A stretch of 64,000 nucleotides of DNA from an uncultured Bacteroidales bacterium (lineage in GTDB: Bacteria > Bacteroidota > Bacteroidia > Bacteroidales > VadinHA17): assembly GCA_963732115.1 (NCBI GenBank), contig CAVSYN010000034.1, forward strand, positions 362,354-426,353. Reading direction: 5' to 3'. The notes beneath the pieces were generated by a model. That model was not told where the DNA came from and did no database searches. It was given only the letters and a program-made list of their open reading frames with translations. The position numbers and the translations under genes were made by a program. Below are positions 27,017-37,040 of this stretch, in pieces (position 1 is the stretch's first letter; every line of letters starts with the position of its first letter).

Positions 27017-29374
27017 ATGATCAAAATATTATTCCGCAACAGTCTGAGATCTTTAATAAAGCAACCACTTTATTCTTCTATTAACATTCTCGGGTTAACT
27101 ATCGGAGTGGCTTCTGTTCTATTATTGATAACATGGATTTCGGTTGAAACCAGTTTTGATAAATTTCACAAAGACTCGGAGAGGTTATACAGAGTTGGAT
27201 TAGTCCTCAAAACTCCAAACAAGGAGATTAACAGCGGATCAATAAACGCACCTGCAGGACCTGAATATAAAAGAGAGTTCCCTGTCATTGAAGAAATGGT
27301 TCGTTTCACCCCTCAGCAGCAAACGATCAGCTACAATGACAAATTTAACCAACTTGAAGTCTACTTTGCAGATAGTACTTTCTTTAAAATATTCTCCTTC
27401 GATCTTGTAAAGGGTGACAAAACAAGTTGCCTTGAGTCTTCACAGAGTATTGTACTTACCGAGAGTGCTGTAAAAAAAGTATTTGGCACTGAAGATCCAT
27501 TAGGAAAAGGGGTAATGATATCAGGCAAAACCTACACTGTAACTGCTGTGGCAAAAGATCCTCCTGTAAATACAAATATGCAATTTGAATGTCTTGTATC
27601 CTTCTCTATTATTGAAAAACAGGCACATATCGGCTGGGACGGTGGTCTGACATGCTATACTTACCTGAAGCTGATAAAAAATTCCAACCCTGCTCTTCTT
27701 GAAAAACAGATTCTTGGTTACATGGAGGGCGTAATAAATAAAAAATACAGAGAATTCGGATATGCATTGATCCCATATCTTCAGAAGATAAACGATATCC
27801 ACCTTGATTCAAAGACTGATTATGATCTGGGTGAAAAGGGGAGCAAAATGCAGGTGTACTTGTTTTTAGGCATTGGTTTATTGATACTGCTAATCGCATG
27901 TTTCAATTTTGTCAACATCAGTACAGCGCTTTCCTTCAGAAGGGCAAAAGAAGTATCTATAAAGAAAATATTCGGTTCAGACAGGAAAAATGTTATTCTA
28001 TTTTTCGTGTCTGAGTCGGCAATAATAATAATCATATCACTTTTGTTTGCTTTCTTGTTATCCAGGATATTGCTGCCTGACACTTCTTCTCTGAGTGGCA
28101 AGGTCCTGACTTTGTCAGTTATCGAACCCTATAAATGGCTGTTGATTTATATTTCACTTTTTCTTTTCTGCACTGTTTTTGCAAGCTTTTACAGTTCCTT
28201 TTATCTGTCCTCTGCTATTCCCCTGTCTTTGTTGACCAATATAAACAAGGGAAAGAGAAAACAAGTCTCTCGAAATGTCCTGGTCACTTTTCAATATACG
28301 ATATCCATCGCACTGATTATCTGCTGCCTGGTTATTTTTTCACAGATGCAATTTGTGAAAAAGAGTGATAAGGGTTTCAATGAAAATGACCTACTTCTTA
28401 TCGATATAAATTCAAAGATGTCAGCAACATATGAGCTGATTATAAACAAGTTCACCTCAATACCAGGAGTTCTTTCAGTTTCTGTTTCAGCGGGTGGTGC
28501 CCCTGGTCTGGGATTTACTTCCAACGGATATCTGCCTGAGGGAGTCGAAAAACCAATTATGGCAAATGCAGTTTATGTTGATGAAAACTATCTGAAAACA
28601 ATGGGAATTTCTCTTATTGATGGTCGTGATTTCAGAAATTCTAAAGCTGATAGTAATAAAGTTATTATAAATGAGACCTTCGCCAAATTAATTGGATGGA
28701 ACAAACCGACCGGCAAATCAATCTCAAGAAATGGTATCCGATATGAAGTTATCGGAGAGGTAAAAGATTTCAACACCTCTTCCCTGCACAATAAAATTGA
28801 GCCTATTTTTATATCTACAGTCAACGAATGGGGAAAGTACGATAATATTATAATTAAATACCAGCCTCCCAATATTTCAGGTGTGCTTAAAAGCAGCGAG
28901 TCGATTTTAAAAGAAATCGATCCTCAAAGCCCTTTTGAATATGGGTTCCTGAAAGACACACTGTCACACGTTTATTCCACGGAACAAAAGCTGAATATTC
29001 TTTTCCTTGTCTTATCGGTTATCGCAATATTCATTTCCAGCCTTGGTCTGTTTGGCCTTGCGACATTTGCCACTCAGAGCAGGATGAAGGAGATTGCCAT
29101 AAGGAAAATAAATGGTGCAACGATACCAGATATTTTAAGTAAGTTTAATTATGAACTATTAAAATGGATATTAGTATCATTTGTAATTGCTTGTCCGATA
29201 GGGTACTATGCCATGGGAAAGTGGCTCAATAATTTTGCCTATAAAACAACAATTGGTTTATGGATTTTTATTTCCTCAGGAATATTAGCTATTGCTGTTG
29301 GCCTGCTGACTGTAAGCCTGGCTTCAATTAATGCTGCTAAAAGTAATCCGGCAAACACTCTTCGTAAAGATTAG
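27017..29374 (+). CDS. FtsX/MacB-like ABC transporter permease (intact)
   Basis: 785-aa ORF with two FtsX-type 4-TM modules separated by MacB-like periplasmic domains. The C-terminus is ..RKINGATIPDI..NNFAYKTTIGLWIF..SNPANTLRKD. Confidence 0.9.
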   Translation: MIKILFRNSLRSLIKQPLYSSINILGLTIGVASVLLLITWISVETSFDKFHKDSERLYRVGLVLKTPNKEINSGSINAPAGPEYKREFPVIEEMVRFTPQQQTISYNDKFNQLEVYFADSTFFKIFSFDLVKGDKTSCLESSQSIVLTESAVKKVFGTEDPLGKGVMISGKTYTVTAVAKDPPVNTNMQFECLVSFSIIEKQAHIGWDGGLTCYTYLKLIKNSNPALLEKQILGYMEGVINKKYREFGYALIPYLQKINDIHLDSKTDYDLGEKGSKMQVYLFLGIGLLILLIACFNFVNISTALSFRRAKEVSIKKIFGSDRKNVILFFVSESAIIIIISLLFAFLLSRILLPDTSSLSGKVLTLSVIEPYKWLLIYISLFLFCTVFASFYSSFYLSSAIPLSLLTNINKGKRKQVSRNVLVTFQYTISIALIICCLVIFSQMQFVKKSDKGFNENDLLLIDINSKMSATYELIINKFTSIPGVLSVSVSAGGAPGLGFTSNGYLPEGVEKPIMANAVYVDENYLKTMGISLIDGRDFRNSKADSNKVIINETFAKLIGWNKPTGKSISRNGIRYEVIGEVKDFNTSSLHNKIEPIFISTVNEWGKYDNIIIKYQPPNISGVLKSSESILKEIDPQSPFEYGFLKDTLSHVYSTEQKLNILFLVLSVIAIFISSLGLFGLATFATQSRMKEIAIRKINGATIPDILSKFNYELLKWILVSFVIACPIGYYAMGKWLNNFAYKTTIGLWIFISSGILAIAVGLLTVSLASINAAKSNPANTLRKD

Positions 29375-29608
29375 AGCACAAGATTGATCGTATGGTGGAA
29401 AAGCCAATGACTCAGACCACTTTTGGCCGGAATAAACTGACCATCGAATCCGGAGTTATACATCTGATGTTTAGATAAATATAATTAATGTCAATTAGAC
29501 AACAGAACTAAGATTGTTATAAACCATTTCCTCATTTGAGAAAACAAGTCAAAACAACTCCATTAATAGTTGATGAATGAAGATTTTAACTTTAAAATTA
29601 TGACTGAA

Positions 29609-31589
29609 ATGAAGAAGCCGATTATTCGAACATTTGATAACCAGCCTGATTTTTTTACTGTTACCATTATATGTACAGGCGAATGTCAACACTTCCTGTA
29701 TTGGTAAGCAATGGGATGGTCCTGCAGAGAGATACCAGAATAAGAATCTGGGGATGGGCAACCCCGGGCGAAAAGGTGCAGGTCAAATTCAATAAGAAAA
29801 CAATCAGTACTGTTACAGATTCTGAAGGAAACTGGAAAGTCAGTTTACCACCCTATGAATGCAGGCGGACCATATACCATGGAGGTAAAAGGGAACAATA
29901 CGATCAGGATAAATGACATTTTAGTAGGCGATGTATGGTTCTGTTCAGGTCAGTCAAATATGGTTCTGAATATGGAAAGGGTGAAGGAAAAATATCCTGA
30001 AGATATAGCTGGTGCAGATTTTCCGGAAATAAGGAATTTCTTCATTCCTACGGCATCAGATGTCACTTGCAATCCATAAAGATTTGCCTCCAGGGAAATG
30101 GGTATCAGCATCACCGGAAAACGTACCTGGCTTTGGTGCTGTTACTTTTTTCTTTGCCAGAAGTATATACAAAGAGTACAAGGTTCCTATTGGAATTATC
30201 AATTCAAGTGTCGGAGGAACACCAATAGAAGCCTGGACCAGTGAGGAAGGACTTAAAGAGTTCCCTCAGCTGAAATCCAGGATTGAAAAAATGAAGGATA
30301 CAGCCTATCTGAATCCAATACTAAGGTCTGCAGGCAGGAGACCTGAAACAAGTCAGAGCCCCGCTGTTAATTCAAAGTCAATGGATAAAGGTATCAGTGG
30401 CCCAATACCCTGGTATAAAACAACCTATGTTCCTGAAGGTTGGCATAAATTTTGGCTTCCGGGATATTGGGAGGACCAGGGAATAAAAGGTCTGCATGGG
30501 ATTGTCTGGTTCAGAAAAGAGATCAATGTGCCGGTATCAATGACTGAAAAACCTGCAAAATTGTTTCTCGGAAGAATAGTAGATGCAGATAATGTATATG
30601 TAAACGGAGTTCCTTCAGGATCAATAACATATCAGTATCCTCCGAGAAGATATAATCTTCCATCCGGATTATTAAAGCCCGGAAAAAATATTATTGTGAT
30701 CAAAGTTACAAACAATGAAGGAAAAGGAGGATTTGTACCCGACAAACCTTATTGGCTTGTTGCAGGTAACGACAGCATTGATCTCAGAGGCGAATGGCTC
30801 TACAAGGTGGGCCAGGTATTCAGACCTGCTTCTTATAAATCTGCTATAGGTACTCAGCCTTTCTCGATGCAGAATGAACCAGCCGGGCTCTATAATACGA
30901 TGGTTGCTCCTTTGATAAACTACCCGATAAAAGGTATCTTATGGTATCAGGGTGAAGCAAATACAGATAAGCCTGAGGAATATCAGGAACTGCTTCCAGC
31001 ACTTATCAGCGATTGGAGAAATAAATGGCAGCAGGGAACACTTCCGTTTCTTTTTGTGCAATTACCAAATTTTATGGAAGTCCAGTATCTGCCTTCCGAG
31101 AGTCAATGGGCCGAGTTAAGGTTTGGCCAGCTTAAATCTTTATCTGTCACAAATACGGCAATGGCAGTTACCATTGATATAGGTGAATGGAATGATATAC
31201 ACCCGCTCGAGAAAAAAGTTGTTGGTGAACGATTAGCCCTGGCAGCCCGAAAACTGGCATATGGAAATGACAAGATCGTCTACTCCGGACCTATATATAA
31301 ATCAAGCGTCAGAGAAGCTGACACTATAAAAATTGAATTTAACCATATTGGCAGTGGCCTGACGATAAAAGGAGGAGGTGATTTAAACTATTTCGCGGTT
31401 GCAGGAGCAGATAAAAAGTATGTTTGGGCGGAGGCAAGAATTAACAACAATCATATTATTGTGTGGAGTGGTGAAATAAAAGAGCCGGTATATGTGAGAT
31501 ACGGCTGGGCTGATAACCCGGAAGGAGCTAATTTGTATAATATTGAAGGACTTCCTGCATCGCCATTTGAGGCAACAATCATTAAATAG
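29609..31589 (+). pseudogene. sialate O-acetylesterase-like (SASA/DUF303, SGNH-type) carbohydrate esterase, several frameshifts
   Basis: The pieces 29671-29916 (..LPVLVSNGMVLQRDTRIRIWGWATPGEKVQVKF..), 29855-30079 (..NAGGPYTMEVKGNNTIRINDILVGDVWFCSGQSNM..) and 30060-31589 (..GGTPIEAWTS.., GILWYQGEAN) are colinear in three frames. The signal-peptide region (ATG ~29609) needs further shifts, for example at the T7 run near 29650. Confidence 0.8.
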
Positions 31590-31790
31590 ATCCTGATCAG
31601 CAGAAAAATCCGTTAAGTTATATTCTAATAAGTTGTAACTAACCGTGTGCTAAGTAGTAACTAAATTGATTCTTGATAAACGGTCATTTTTAAAATACAG
31701 GAAATTTTTCCGGACGAGTAAATTAGTCTTAACTTTATAACAACCCTTCATAAAATAAAATAATGTTATTAAGACTAATAACTGATACCA

Positions 31791-32696
31791 ATGAAAACGT
31801 CAAGAAGAACATTCGTGAAATCCGGCGCCATGATCGCTCTTGGTGCAACTATTCTTCCACAGTCAGTGTTTCCTGCCAGTAAAGAGAAAGTGGAGGTTGG
31901 GTTACAGTTGTATTCTGTACGTGATGATATGAAAAATGATCCAAAAGGTTCATTAAAGAAATTAGCCGATATGGGTTATAAGGTAGTTGAACATGCCGGT
32001 TACTCTGATCGGAAATTTTATGGTATTGAACCTTCAGAATTTAAAAAAATTCTCGGAGACCTGGGTCTGAAGATGTACAGCGGTCATGTCGATTTCGGCA
32101 TGCAGGCATGGGATGCCTCAAAAAAGGATTTTACGGATTCATGGAAACACACAGTCGAAGATGCCGCTTTTATGGGGCAGAAATTTGTAATCACTCCAGA
32201 ACTTAACGAAAATGCGCAGAAAGATTATGATACACTTTTAAAAGTGATCGATCTCTGGAACAAATGCGGAGAACTTTGCCAGAAATACGGGATGAAATTC
32301 GGATATCACGATGATTTTAACGAAAATGCAATCCTGCATAGCATGAAAATATACGATATCATCATGAAGCATTCTGATCCGAAATTAACTATTCAGCAAT
32401 ATGATATTGCCAATTTGTACAATGCGGCAGGCACAAATCCGGTGGACATAATAAAAGAATACCCTGGAAGATTTGTCTCACTCCACGTTAAAGATGTTTT
32501 GAAAGAGAAGAACAAATATAACAGTCATGACAGTACAATTCTCGGGAAAGGAGTTCTCGATGTCAAAGATGTCCTGTCGCTTGCCGTAAAAAATGGAGCA
32601 TGGTTAATGATAATTGAACAGGAAGCCTACCAGAACGAAAGTCCGATGGATTGTGTTAAAGACGACCTTGCGGCGATGAAAAAATGGGGATATTGA
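31791..32696 (+). CDS. sugar phosphate isomerase/epimerase (xylose isomerase-like TIM barrel) with Tat signal
   Basis: 301-aa ORF. MKTSRRTFVKSGAMIALGATIL is a Tat motif. VGLQLYSVRDDM..LADMGYKVVEHAGY is typical of the AP-endonuclease-2/xylose-isomerase-like TIM family. Confidence 0.8.
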   Translation: MKTSRRTFVKSGAMIALGATILPQSVFPASKEKVEVGLQLYSVRDDMKNDPKGSLKKLADMGYKVVEHAGYSDRKFYGIEPSEFKKILGDLGLKMYSGHVDFGMQAWDASKKDFTDSWKHTVEDAAFMGQKFVITPELNENAQKDYDTLLKVIDLWNKCGELCQKYGMKFGYHDDFNENAILHSMKIYDIIMKHSDPKLTIQQYDIANLYNAAGTNPVDIIKEYPGRFVSLHVKDVLKEKNKYNSHDSTILGKGVLDVKDVLSLAVKNGAWLMIIEQEAYQNESPMDCVKDDLAAMKKWGY

Positions 32697-32865
32697 TCTC
32701 TTGTGTAAAAGCCGTGTTTGTTGAACACATTCGGCCTGTCAGATTATTAATGCACCTCAGGCTGGTGAATTATTTGAATATCGTAATAATTACTTTGAAA
32801 TTTGTTACAAAAATTTCTGTAAATCAAATTATTTTACTGTCTGAAAATATTCATTATTCACGTAG

Positions 32866-33334
32866 ATGCCAAAAATTCTGATTAAAAGATTATTTCCGCT
32901 TCTGATCCTTATTAATGTTTCTCATTTCTCATTTTCACAAAAGTCAGATAGCACAAAGGGACCAAGCCATTTTGGCGGTACAGTTACCGTGACCAGTAAA
33001 GGAATTTCCATGGTACCTAATTTGTCACTGGGTAAGCCTGCCAAAAGAGCTTACCAGGAATACCAACATGATTTCGGTAAGAGCGAGTTTTTCAAATATC
33101 AGACTTTCAGAACAGTTTTACATGAAGCTTAATCCCCAGATTTATTATCTGAATATGGATAACGTTGATGGAACTTATTTCAACGCAGCATTGACCTTTG
33201 CTATAAGGAATTTTCCGCTTTCAGTCTCTGCAATGATAAATCAACCGTTTAAGACATACATTGCTGCCGGGAATGAGTTTCTGTGGAACGTCGGCCTGAT
33301 ATATTCATTTAACAAGAAATATGTTGAAAAATAA
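32866..33334 (+). pseudogene. small outer-membrane-type hypothetical protein, frameshifted and probably shortened
   Basis: Two overlapping 88-aa ORFs lie in different frames. The first has a signal peptide (MPKILIKRLFPLLILINVSHFSFSQ). The second ends in beta-strand-like ..FLWNVGLIYSFNKKYVEK. No family was recognised. Confidence 0.35.
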
Positions 33335-33375
33335 GTGTCGGGAACCACGCATAATGTAATATTGATTTTCTTTGT

Positions 33376-33473
33376 TTGCCCCATACCCTAAAGGGTGCGA
33401 AGAACCGAATCCCGACTTATCGGGAGGAGCTCGACGCAGTCAAAATCAATTACTCCCTTTAGGGTCGGGGCAA
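33376..33473. repeat. 98-nt nested palindromic element
   Basis: The outer arms are TTGCCCCATACCCTAAAGGG ... CCCTTTAGGGTCGGGGCAA. Inner hairpins are TGCG..CGCA and CCCGACTTATCGGG. It is intergenic, upstream of the AraC-family gene. Confidence 0.6.
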
Positions 33474-33477
33474 ATAA

Positions 33478-34410
33478 TTGATTTTGTTTGAAATTTGTAA
33501 GTCTGCTTTTATGGAGAAGATTGAAACAATAGAAGAATTTTATAAAAGAAAATTCGATTGGATACCTGATAAATTCGAAAATGAAATCGGGCATTTCAAT
33601 GTTTTCAGGTTAGAGCCTTTTGTCGGCGACAAGGCTCAACCTGTACCTTATAAACGACGTGATTATTATAAAATCATGCTGGTGATTGGAAATAGCAAAG
33701 TTCATTATGCCGATAAAGTTGTTGAAGTTAAGAAACAGGCATTATCCTTTTCCAATCCGCAGATACCTTATAAGTGGGAACATCTTGATAATATAGGGAG
33801 CGGTTCATTTTGTATATTCAATCAGCATTTTTTTCATCAATATGGTAACCTGAATCAGTATTCAGTTTTCCAGCCCAATGGTACACATATATTTGAGTTG
33901 TCGGATGAACAGGTAGAAAAAACAGCTGCCATTTATGAACGCATGTTTGAAGAAATCAATTCTGATTACATACATAAATACGATGTTTTACGGAATCTTG
34001 TTTTCGAACTGCTGCATTTTGCCATGAAAATCCAGCCTTCAACAAAATTGGATAAGCAACTGATTAACGCTTCTAAAAGGATTTCGATGTTGTTTCTGGA
34101 GCTGTTAGAACGTCAATTCCCGGTTGATGACAACCACCAGAGAGTCAACCTGCGGTCAGCCTCTGATTTTGCTGAGCAGCTAAATATTCACGTTAACCAT
34201 TTGAACAGGGCAGTAAAAGAGACAACGCAAAAAACAACATCTCAGATTATTGCCGGGCGGATTTTGCAGGAGTCAAAAGTTTTGCTAAAGCAGAGTGCCT
34301 GGAGTGTATCTGAAATTGCATATGCATTGGGTTTTAATGAAGTAACCCATTTTAATAACTTCTTTAAAAAACATGTCAATCTGAGTCCTTTGAAATTCAG
34401 GAATGTTTGA
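33478..34410 (+). CDS. AraC-family transcriptional regulator
   Basis: The probable ATG start is 33511 (MEKIETIEEFYKRKF). It has an N-terminal cupin-like sensor part and a C-terminal dual HTH (..SASDFAEQLNIHVNHLNRAVKETTQKTTSQIIAGRILQESKVLLKQSAWSVSEIAYALGFNEVTHFNNFFKKHVNLSPLKFR). Confidence 0.85.
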   Translation: MILFEICKSAFMEKIETIEEFYKRKFDWIPDKFENEIGHFNVFRLEPFVGDKAQPVPYKRRDYYKIMLVIGNSKVHYADKVVEVKKQALSFSNPQIPYKWEHLDNIGSGSFCIFNQHFFHQYGNLNQYSVFQPNGTHIFELSDEQVEKTAAIYERMFEEINSDYIHKYDVLRNLVFELLHFAMKIQPSTKLDKQLINASKRISMLFLELLERQFPVDDNHQRVNLRSASDFAEQLNIHVNHLNRAVKETTQKTTSQIIAGRILQESKVLLKQSAWSVSEIAYALGFNEVTHFNNFFKKHVNLSPLKFRNV

Positions 34411-34470
34411 ATTTCGTATTTTACTTTCACTTTCTCAGTTAATATACTTATTTACAATTATTAACAATAA

Positions 34471-34813
34471 TATTTCGGTGCGCTGCACCTTTAATATCTA
34501 TGGAAAACATTAATCTACAAATATTATGGTGCTCTGCACCTTGATATCTTCAGGGACTATTATTTGCCGGATGTTTAGGGCTTTGAATGCTTTGGACCTA
34601 TTGTAAAGCGGCAGAGCCGCATGATATTTGTAGAATTATATTTGAGAAATAATCCCACAGGTGCAGAGCACCGTAATATCTTCAGGGACTATTATTTGCC
34701 GGATGTTTAGGGCTTTGAATACTTTGGATCTATTGTCAAGCGGCAGAGCCGCATGATATTTGTAGAAATATATTTGAGAAATAATACCATAGGTGCAGAG
34801 CACCGTAATATCT
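34471..34813. repeat. REP-like array: 132-bp tandem repeat (2.2 units plus a degenerate unit) of short GC hairpins
   Basis: Units start at 34528, 34660 and 34792, giving a 132-nt period, and are near-identical. Each unit carries GGTGC-AGA-GCACC and GCGGC-AGA-GCCGC hairpins with related 3' flanks (GTAATATCTTCAG / ATGATATTTGTAG). The copy at 34515-40 (CTACAAATATTATGGTGCTCTGCACC) is the same motif inverted. The array abuts the stop codon of the Y1 transposase gene. Confidence 0.8.
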
Positions 34814-35357
34814 AATCCCAATTATAAATATCACTAAAGAATTCAAACAGGTATTCCTCTTTAAATTCAACATTATTCTTTTCCAGCATTTCAAAATATT
34901 CTTCTTTGAATGGCTTTCTTTTGTGATGTTCTTCCTGTGATAAAATATATTTTGCCACAGTGTCTATTTGTGAGTGGGAATGGGTAAAAGCACCATAACC
35001 TTTCTGCCATTCAAACTTAAATTTAGACAACCTTTTCCCTTTAATTAATGAGTTGGTTGATGTTTTAATTTCTTCTACCAGATCTGGTATTAGTTGATTT
35101 ACATTATATCCGAGCAATATATGAATATGGTCAGGCATTGCACCTATTGCCAGCATTTTATGCCGATGGTTTTGTACAATTCCTGTAATATACATCTCCA
35201 ATTCATCTTTCCATTCTTTTCTTATCAGGGCATTGCGATTTTTTACTGCAAATACCAAATGGAAATAACATTGAGTATAAGTGTTTGCCATCGGGTTTAA
35301 CTTATTAATTTTAGTTGAAACATGTCTATAAAGATAGCTTGCAACACCCAAATTCAA
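34812..35357 (-). CDS. IS200-like Y1 (HUH) transposase, RAYT-type
   Basis: The probable start is ATG 35291 (MANTYTQCYFHLVFAVKNRNALI..). It has the HUH motif MPDHIHILLG and the catalytic-Tyr region VAKYILSQEEHHKRK (Y..NQ..HH pattern). It is a single gene without a TnpB partner and is flanked by a REP-like array. Confidence 0.8.
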   Translation of the reverse strand: MNLGVASYLYRHVSTKINKLNPMANTYTQCYFHLVFAVKNRNALIRKEWKDELEMYITGIVQNHRHKMLAIGAMPDHIHILLGYNVNQLIPDLVEEIKTSTNSLIKGKRLSKFKFEWQKGYGAFTHSHSQIDTVAKYILSQEEHHKRKPFKEEYFEMLEKNNVEFKEEYLFEFFSDIYNWD

Positions 35358-35510
35358 AACTAAATCCGCATTAATTGAGGGTTCCAGATGCTATTTTTAA
35401 AAAGCGCGTAACGGCGTTGCTCACGGAGTTTACCCCGCACAGCGGGGTTCGCTTCTCGTAAAGTCTTTGAACTATGAATTATAGAATAAAGGTAGGGGTA
35501 TATTTCCCCA

Positions 35511-35966
35511 TTATTGTTTTGTTGAAGAATGCAGGTTTAACAGGTATTGAATTTCTGGTGTCAATACCCCGGAAATCATTATGTCATTATATGTGTCAAG
35601 AATAATTCCAAAAGCATCATAGTCAAAAAGCTCCTGGTCCCTTTTCTTTGTTACGGCAAAAATCTTCGATGCATCTTCCATCGACAAGCTGGCGCCTACC
35701 CAGAGGAATTCATTGTCATACCCGATCCTCACCTCGCTCTTTTCTGAAGGCTGATTACCGAAATTCGGCCGGTGCATTGTTAAAGGAAACAAAACAAGAT
35801 CTCCCCAGGCTGATTCCCTGGGGATGCCGTCAAATTCAACAGTACCAGTAATTCTTTTAATCTTTACACTCTCCTGACTTATGACATTGCTTTGAAAACC
35901 AATTAACAAGACTATAATTAAAGTTCCGAAGGCACTCTTTTTCAATCTCACCGCTAATTTTCCCAT
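35511..35966 (-). pseudogene. N-terminal fragment of a CBM9-like / DUF5916-type large secreted protein
   Basis: 151-aa ORF with a signal anchor. The sequence ..IKRITGTVEFDGIPRESAWGDLVLFPLTMHRPNFGNQPSEKSEVRIGYDNEFLWVGASL..FDYDAFGIILDTYND matches, from memory, the start of ~700-800-aa proteins. The reading frame ends ~150 nt from the transposase gene. Confidence 0.45.
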
Positions 35967-36180
35967 TCCCGTAATTGCTTTAATTATTTAAGCTGCAAAT
36001 CTAAAATTTATTCCTTTCAAAAGTATAAAAGGGCAATTGTACCGGTTACAATATTTTCTTTCCTCAAATAGGTTCAATGTCCTTTTTTGTGCTTATTTTC
36101 ATAAATGATTTTTAATCCGTGGAATCTTAAACAAGACACATGTAATTCTTTATAATAAGCAATAACGGAACTTCAGGCAT

Positions 36181-37038
36181 TTGACCAGTTTTGACAAGTC
36201 AATTAATCAAATAAAAATTAATGTTATGCAACGACGAACTTTCATTAAGAACACAGGCATTGCCGGCGGTATGCTGGCTGTATCGCCGCTTTTAGGTAAT
36301 GTAAATACCATTGGCGAAAATGATTTTCCTATTATGGATCTGCATGTTCATACGACCCAGAATTTTACCATAGATACCATCATGGAAATTGCCAGGAAAA
36401 CAAATATTCAATTTGGCATTATGGAAAATCCCGGCTATAGGGTCAAGGATGATGCCAGTCTGAAAAATCATATCGATACACTTCGTAAATATCCGGTTTA
36501 TATTGGTTTGCAGCCAATGAGCCCGGGTTGGTCCACGGACTTTTCTCCCGAACTTTTATCCCAACTTGATTACGTTCTTATGGATCCCCAGACTATTCCA
36601 ATGGGAAACAGTTATGGCGAAACACTGCGTATCTGGAACTTTGATACTTATGTGGACGATGCAAATAAGTTTATGGAGACCTACATGGCACATTGCCTGG
36701 AAGTCCTGAACAACAACGAACCCATCAATATTTTTGGCTGGACTCTCTTTCTGCCGGTTTGTATAGCCCGTGATTACTATACCTTATGGACTGAGGAACG
36801 AATGCAGCGAATAATTTCAGCTGCAAAAAAACGAAATATTGCATTTGAGATAAACGACCTGGCACACACGCCGCATGAGAGATTTATAAACATGGCTAAG
36901 GAGCAGGGCTTGAAATTTGCTTTCGGTTCCGATACAAGAGATCAGAAGGCAGGCAGGCTGGACTACTGCAAGTCTATCGCAAAAAAATGCAACCTTAAAA
37001 GGGAAGATTTATTTATCCCTAAAAGGAAACTCGGGTAG
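36181..37038 (+). CDS. Tat-signal PHP-like (histidinol-phosphatase-type) metal-dependent hydrolase
   Basis: The probable start is ATG 36226 (MQRRTFIKNTGIAGGMLAVSPLLG, a Tat motif). MDLHVHTTQN is the PHP-type metal-binding start. The family call is tentative. Confidence 0.55.
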   Translation: MTSFDKSINQIKINVMQRRTFIKNTGIAGGMLAVSPLLGNVNTIGENDFPIMDLHVHTTQNFTIDTIMEIARKTNIQFGIMENPGYRVKDDASLKNHIDTLRKYPVYIGLQPMSPGWSTDFSPELLSQLDYVLMDPQTIPMGNSYGETLRIWNFDTYVDDANKFMETYMAHCLEVLNNNEPINIFGWTLFLPVCIARDYYTLWTEERMQRIISAAKKRNIAFEINDLAHTPHERFINMAKEQGLKFAFGSDTRDQKAGRLDYCKSIAKKCNLKREDLFIPKRKLG

Positions 37039-37040
37039 AA

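Noticed and set aside
29609-31589. Programmed ribosomal frameshifting to explain split genes (acetylesterase, GH2, acyl-CoA ligase and others)
   Set aside because: There are too many independent breaks, up to 4-5 in one gene. No common slippery heptamer or downstream structure is present, and the affected families are not known to use recoding. Sequencing indels or pseudogenisation are more parsimonious.
34528-34813. Possible CRISPR array (regular repeats with palindromic cores)
   Set aside because: The whole 132-nt units are near-identical and contiguous, so there are no unique spacers. No cas genes are present. It abuts a Y1 transposase, which fits a REP-type array.
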